This document shows positions 59,772-64,000 of a DNA stretch of 64,000 nucleotides, in pieces. Both the position numbers and the translations under genes were made by a program. Position 1 is the stretch's first letter, and every line of letters begins with the position of its first letter. The notes beneath the pieces are model-generated. The model saw only the letters and a list, made by a program, of their open reading frames with translations, was not told the DNA's origin and did not search any database. The stretch lies in the NCBI GenBank assembly GCA_048270185.1, contig JBLWTJ010000001.1, positions 384,001-448,000 of the forward strand. Reading direction: 5' to 3'. The stretch is from Bacteriovoracaceae bacterium. GTDB taxonomy: Bacteria > Bdellovibrionota > Bacteriovoracia > Bacteriovoracales > Bacteriovoracaceae.

Positions 59772-61502
59772 GTGAAATACAATATTCAAAACTATAAATT
59801 CTTTAAGTCTTACCGCTTTCCTATTGTTGAAGCAGACAGAGTTGTTGCTGAAGTAGTCACTTTTGAGCGAGAAAATATCAAACACAATAATGTACGTATT
59901 GACTCAATTAATCTGTCTGGGCTTAATTTTGTCTGTAATCAGAAGTATTCTATTGGCGAGCAAGTTAAAATAAAGATTACGACAAATCGACTCTTTAATA
60001 ACTGGGACTTTGAATTAACAGGACGAATTATACGATCATTTGTTTACTGTGAAGATGTCACAAAAACAATTTACGGGGTATCGATAGCTCCTAATTCACA
60101 AACAACAGTTCTTAAATATTTCCTTAAAGATTTCCTGTCACACTATAAAACAAAGAAGTTAAAAGATAAGCTCTTTCATATTTGCCAAAATAAAGTGCAG
60201 ATTAGTCGAGATGATGGAGTTGAGCTATTCTCTCTATTTCAAAGTCTAATTCAAACGACTTACAATGGAGAACTAAGTAGTATTCTAAAAGAATTGCCTA
60301 GAATATTTCACTGTGAAAATTATCACATCTTTATTTATGATGCTAAGAATGGCGAATTTGAAATTGATCGCTCGAACTCAGAAACACCAGTTCATTTATC
60401 GAATCTAAAGAGCCTCTTGAAAGAATCTTATTTTAATAAAGTAATTATCAATAAAACTTTTAATGAGAAGAGTGCAACAGGAGTAGAGATTGAAACAAAG
60501 AATATTCTCTTGGCACCGATTATCAATTATCACGGCGAAAGTATAGGAATTACTTGTCTATCAAATACTCTATCGGGTGAGAAGTTTAATTTTACAATGC
60601 TTGAAAATATAAAAATTGTCTCAGGCCTCATAGCCTACTTCTACGAAGGCAAGAATATTGTCAGTGCAGAAAAGATTGAAAATAAAACTCCTGACTATTA
60701 TATCTTTAGTGACCGAACACAAACAGGTCTCTCTATCATCCATAACTTAAATACCATCAAAAACACACGTGAGAACCTCTATATTCGCGGCGAAGAAGGT
60801 TGTGGAAAAAGTGCTTACGCAAATTATATCTGTAACAATTATGACAAGAAACCAGGTGATGTAAAAAATCACATCGATTTCGCTAATGCCGAACATCGTA
60901 ATCTTGACTTAATTAGCGAACTCAACGCCAGTGGTGTGCAAGATTTAATTATAAAGAATATCGATCAATTAACTCTACAAGAACAAGCAACATTCTTTAA
61001 TCTCATCAGTTCACTTCACATGAGAATAATTACCATCTCGACAAAGGATTTAAAGTCTCTTGAAAAGAATGATCTCATCATGACAGAGCTTTATAACTTA
61101 ATCACAACAGTTAAAATAAACATTCCCCCTCTAAGACTAAGAAAGCCCGAAGTTCTTGAGATTGCTCGCAACTATATTCGATATGAATGCGAAAAGAGAG
61201 AGATTTCACTTAAGAAATTATGTCAAGATTCTATTAATTTTCTCGAATCAAATAGCTGGGATTTTAATGCGAGAAAACTTCACTCTTTAATTGTTAAGGC
61301 CATCCTAAAGGCCGACAAATCTGAAACAGTAATCAGAATCACTGAAGAAAAAGGACATTTCGACACTATCATCAAAAGCGACAAAAACTCTCAACTACAA
61401 GATTATATTCTTAGTACGCTAAATACATGTGACAAATCAATATCTTATAAAAGTACCGAGACTATTTTTGTTGAAAATTTAATGACAAAAAAAGCTTCTT
61501 AA
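59772..61502 (+). CDS. PilZ-like + GAF + degenerate sigma54-activator-type AAA+ protein (paralog)
   Basis: DSINLSGLNF..GRIIR..YGV (PilZ-like), LLAPI..IGITCLSN (GAF), GEEGCGKS, IPPLRLR and SWDFNARKL. Start is uncertain (59682, 59760 or 59772). Confidence 0.72.
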   Translation: MKYNIQNYKFFKSYRFPIVEADRVVAEVVTFERENIKHNNVRIDSINLSGLNFVCNQKYSIGEQVKIKITTNRLFNNWDFELTGRIIRSFVYCEDVTKTIYGVSIAPNSQTTVLKYFLKDFLSHYKTKKLKDKLFHICQNKVQISRDDGVELFSLFQSLIQTTYNGELSSILKELPRIFHCENYHIFIYDAKNGEFEIDRSNSETPVHLSNLKSLLKESYFNKVIINKTFNEKSATGVEIETKNILLAPIINYHGESIGITCLSNTLSGEKFNFTMLENIKIVSGLIAYFYEGKNIVSAEKIENKTPDYYIFSDRTQTGLSIIHNLNTIKNTRENLYIRGEEGCGKSAYANYICNNYDKKPGDVKNHIDFANAEHRNLDLISELNASGVQDLIIKNIDQLTLQEQATFFNLISSLHMRIITISTKDLKSLEKNDLIMTELYNLITTVKINIPPLRLRKPEVLEIARNYIRYECEKREISLKKLCQDSINFLESNSWDFNARKLHSLIVKAILKADKSETVIRITEEKGHFDTIIKSDKNSQLQDYILSTLNTCDKSISYKSTETIFVENLMTKKAS

Positions 61503-61598
61503 ATTTGACAGACCATTGGCCTTCTTGAAATAATTTTATAAGCAGATCACGGATCGATCTGAAGTAATTCATTTATTTTGACCAGGGAAGGTACAACA

Positions 61599-62423
61599 AT
61601 GAGCAATTCAAGCAATTTCTTTAATTACAATATCCTTAACGTTTCACTCTCAAGACAAACTCGCACTTGCTTTGTAACGGTTGCGAATGATGGACAGTTT
61701 TTCAATACGACAACGTACTTAAATGAATTAGAGAATCTATTTGACTGGCTTACAAATAAAATTGAAATCAACTCTGTTGTCTTTCGCTATAAAGCAGAAA
61801 AAATTGAATTATTTAAGGCAGAAGAATTAAGATTCTTCGATGAAAAGAATCTAGGCTCAACTCTCCAGCAATTAGCTCGTCTTAGCTGGGCCCAAGTACT
61901 TCTTCCTCAAACTATTATTTGGTCTTTTCAAAAAGAGGCCTGCCCATTTAGCCTTGAGCTTGCCATGGGCGGTGATATTCGCTACTGCGCACCTTCATTT
62001 AGTGTGACTTTTAATCAACTCGATAAAGGCATAACTCCAATGGGTGGAATGAATACCCTTACAAATGAAAAAGGTAATAGCGCAAAAATAATGCAATACC
62101 TTCTTTCATCTCAAAGTGTTGGAGCTGATGCACTAATTAGTTCAGGCCTAATCGGGAAAACACTTTATTCAGAAAATGAAATTGAAGATGTTGTCGCAAG
62201 AATTGCAAAGCAATCCCCTACTGCACGCATTCAAACAAAGAGATCATTTAACAACTCTCTCATTAAACAAATGGAAGAAGTTTTCTTAGAAGAAGTTTCA
62301 TTTGCTAACTCAACACTTGCAACAGGCGACTTTAAGAACTACGCAAATCAGAAGGCCTTCATTAATCCTCGTGAATTTGCTAAAGTTTTAAGAGAGACTC
62401 CAACTGTGGCGGAAGCTGTTTAA
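61599..62423 (+). CDS. Divergent enoyl-CoA hydratase/isomerase (crotonase)-fold protein
   Basis: LELAMGGDIRYC, GITP, ADALISSGLI and IAKQSP..KRS. ATG 61599. Confidence 0.65.
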   Translation: MSNSSNFFNYNILNVSLSRQTRTCFVTVANDGQFFNTTTYLNELENLFDWLTNKIEINSVVFRYKAEKIELFKAEELRFFDEKNLGSTLQQLARLSWAQVLLPQTIIWSFQKEACPFSLELAMGGDIRYCAPSFSVTFNQLDKGITPMGGMNTLTNEKGNSAKIMQYLLSSQSVGADALISSGLIGKTLYSENEIEDVVARIAKQSPTARIQTKRSFNNSLIKQMEEVFLEEVSFANSTLATGDFKNYANQKAFINPREFAKVLRETPTVAEAV

Positions 62424-62441
62424 AGTTTATAACGATATATA

Positions 62442-63344
62442 TTAAACAGGTCTAACTTCATGAGCTTGTAGCTCACTAGGTAGGTTTGAAATATCAGATG
62501 CAAGCCCAAGGAGAAAGCCTCCGCCGCCAGCACCGCAAAGCTTTAGATAGAAGCGATCGTTTTCAAGGCCTTCGGCCCAAAGGTCGCGATAGAGAGCAGG
62601 AATCATCGGGTTGAAATGTTCAAATTGAAAGGCGGACAATTCTTTAAACTTATCCCATAGAAGCTCATTATTATCTTCAATATAATACTTGATACATGCA
62701 TCAGAGATTGGTGATAGAACACGGTCACACAGGTAAGCAAAGTCTTTAGAAGAACATTTTTCCATAAATAAGTTAACAAGAGGTTCAGTTCTTCTTGCAC
62801 GTCCTGTATTTAATAGGAAGAGGCCAGGGCCCGCTTTGGCCTGATTGAGACTTACTTGAGAAAGTGATTTTGTATTATCAATTAAAAGTGGAACATTAAG
62901 ATAACTAATTAGAGGATCAACGCCTGAAGAAGAACCGTGAAAATGAGATTCCATTTCTTTGAAGCAATCCTTTAAGAAAGCGATATCATTCTTATGTTCA
63001 TCACTGATGTGAGCATAGCGATCAAAGACTGCAGCACATAGTGCACCAGAGCTTCCAACACCATATCCTTGTGGAATAGTGCTATTAAAGCGTAAACCAC
63101 TAGAGATATCAAAAGAGAAAGATTGGTGATCAAAGTCAAAGCTTAGCTTTCCCTTCTTGTGCTCATTTTTAAGATATTGAGAGAAAGCTGCAAGTTCTGC
63201 ATCGACTCCCGCATTTTGATCAACTGGAAAAGTTAACTTACCTTCAAAAAGACTATAAGGCATTGCCAAAGCCTTTGAAGATCTAATGATTGAATACTCG
63301 CCAAAGAGAAGGATCTTGGCATTAAATGAGTTTTCACTTTCCAT
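62442..63344 (-). CDS. mvk: Mevalonate kinase (GHMP family)
   Basis: KILLFGEY, IPQGYGVGSSGA, HGSSSGVD and KLCGAGGGG; immediately downstream of mvaD. Confidence 0.85.
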   Translation of the reverse strand: MESENSFNAKILLFGEYSIIRSSKALAMPYSLFEGKLTFPVDQNAGVDAELAAFSQYLKNEHKKGKLSFDFDHQSFSFDISSGLRFNSTIPQGYGVGSSGALCAAVFDRYAHISDEHKNDIAFLKDCFKEMESHFHGSSSGVDPLISYLNVPLLIDNTKSLSQVSLNQAKAGPGLFLLNTGRARRTEPLVNLFMEKCSSKDFAYLCDRVLSPISDACIKYYIEDNNELLWDKFKELSAFQFEHFNPMIPALYRDLWAEGLENDRFYLKLCGAGGGGFLLGLASDISNLPSELQAHEVRPV

Positions 63345-64000
63345 ATTCGACACTAACTCCGCTCCCCATTTCATCGTGAATCACAAGGCCTTCATGACAA
63401 AGTGGTTGGATCTCATTGGCAATAAACTCTTTTGCCTTAATTTTATCTTTAGCAAGGTAGAGAATATGAACATTAGGGCCAGCATCAAGAGTAAAACAAA
63501 TTGCTGTCTTTGTTTGTGCTCTAAAGTTTCTAATCTTTTGAATAATGGCCAAAGTATTTGGCTCCATTAGAATAAATGACGGATTTGAATTCATCATTAG
63601 GCCATGAAGTTCTAGCGCCTCTGCTTCAACAATTTGAGCAAAGCTATCAAAATCCCCATTTCCTAGAGCAAAACAAAGCGAATTAAAGTTATTACACGCA
63701 TTCATAAAACGCGTTTTTGCAAATGGATGATCATTCATAAGAGCATGACCAGCAGTTGAGCTTACCGCCTTCTCACTGGCACTAACAATGGCAATTGAAT
63801 CACAAATACCTTCAAAAGACTCGTGAAATGACTTAAGGGGAACAGCATATTCTTGCGAGCTATCCGCAATCGATTTGCCCCAAATGGCCATCTTTGGATA
63901 AAGAGAGCGACTAGCACTTCCTGATCCTAGGCGGGCCATAAATGATGCTTTTTTAAGATAATAATCTTCGTCATGATCTTCATTTGATATTAATTTTTCC
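63334..64000 (-). CDS. mvaD: Diphosphomevalonate decarboxylase (5' end beyond window)
   Basis: ARLGSGSASRS, KAVSSTAGH and FTLDAGPNVH. The frame stays open to the window edge. Confidence 0.93.
   Translation of the reverse strand, partial: EKLISNEDHDEDYYLKKASFMARLGSGSASRSLYPKMAIWGKSIADSSQEYAVPLKSFHESFEGICDSIAIVSASEKAVSSTAGHALMNDHPFAKTRFMNACNNFNSLCFALGNGDFDSFAQIVEAEALELHGLMMNSNPSFILMEPNTLAIIQKIRNFRAQTKTAICFTLDAGPNVHILYLAKDKIKAKEFIANEIQPLCHEGLVIHDEMGSGVSVEYGK

Noticed and set aside
61599..62423. Crotonase-fold gene as the missing menB
   Set aside because: It lacks MenB signature motifs such as FCSGGDQ and GSFDGG, and it is far from the men cluster.
451..63570. Many short ORFs in the track that overlap long genes (e.g. 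451-726, 937-1257, 2529-2855, 10600-10854, 16010-16336, 32487-32728, 51333-51683, 63286-63570)
   Set aside because: They are antisense or alternate-frame shadows of well-supported genes, with no recognisable motifs or convincing RBS.
1..64000. tRNA, rRNA, riboswitch or IS elements
   Set aside because: I saw no cloverleaf or T-loop signatures, rRNA-like tracts, transposase ORFs or terminal inverted repeats in the intergenic regions. An Rfam scan would be needed to exclude small ncRNAs.

Overview
This is an AT-rich, gene-dense bacterial chromosome segment made up mostly of core genes. Gene content and style suggest a predatory Bdellovibrionota, probably Halobacteriovorax/Bacteriovorax-like (inference only). 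I found no rRNA, tRNA, CRISPR array or intact mobile element. Recognisable content: the 3' end of a tyrosine recombinase, a eukaryote/Bacteroidetes-type class Ia RNR (nrdB-nrdA) with tandem NrdR boxes, thyA-folA, class I lysS, pepP, a partial menaquinone cluster, rpoH-rpsO-pnp-dut, prkA-yeaH-spoVR divergent from a PP2C phosphatase, M23-secA, glpD, trxB and mevalonate genes (mvaD, mvk). Many secreted or outer-membrane hypothetical proteins lie between them. The most notable signals are: (1) strong window-wide over-representation of the palindrome GGCC, including in terminator stems; (2) a head-to-head pair of PilZ-like/GAF/degenerate sigma54-activator AAA+ proteins, each with a sigma28-type promoter; (3) an overlapping bidirectional sigma28-type promoter that may feed an RpoH-family sigma factor; (4) a long G-U-rich hairpin in the pnp leader; (5) several unusual secreted or outer-membrane protein architectures. 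All calls come from reading motifs by eye; no searches were run.
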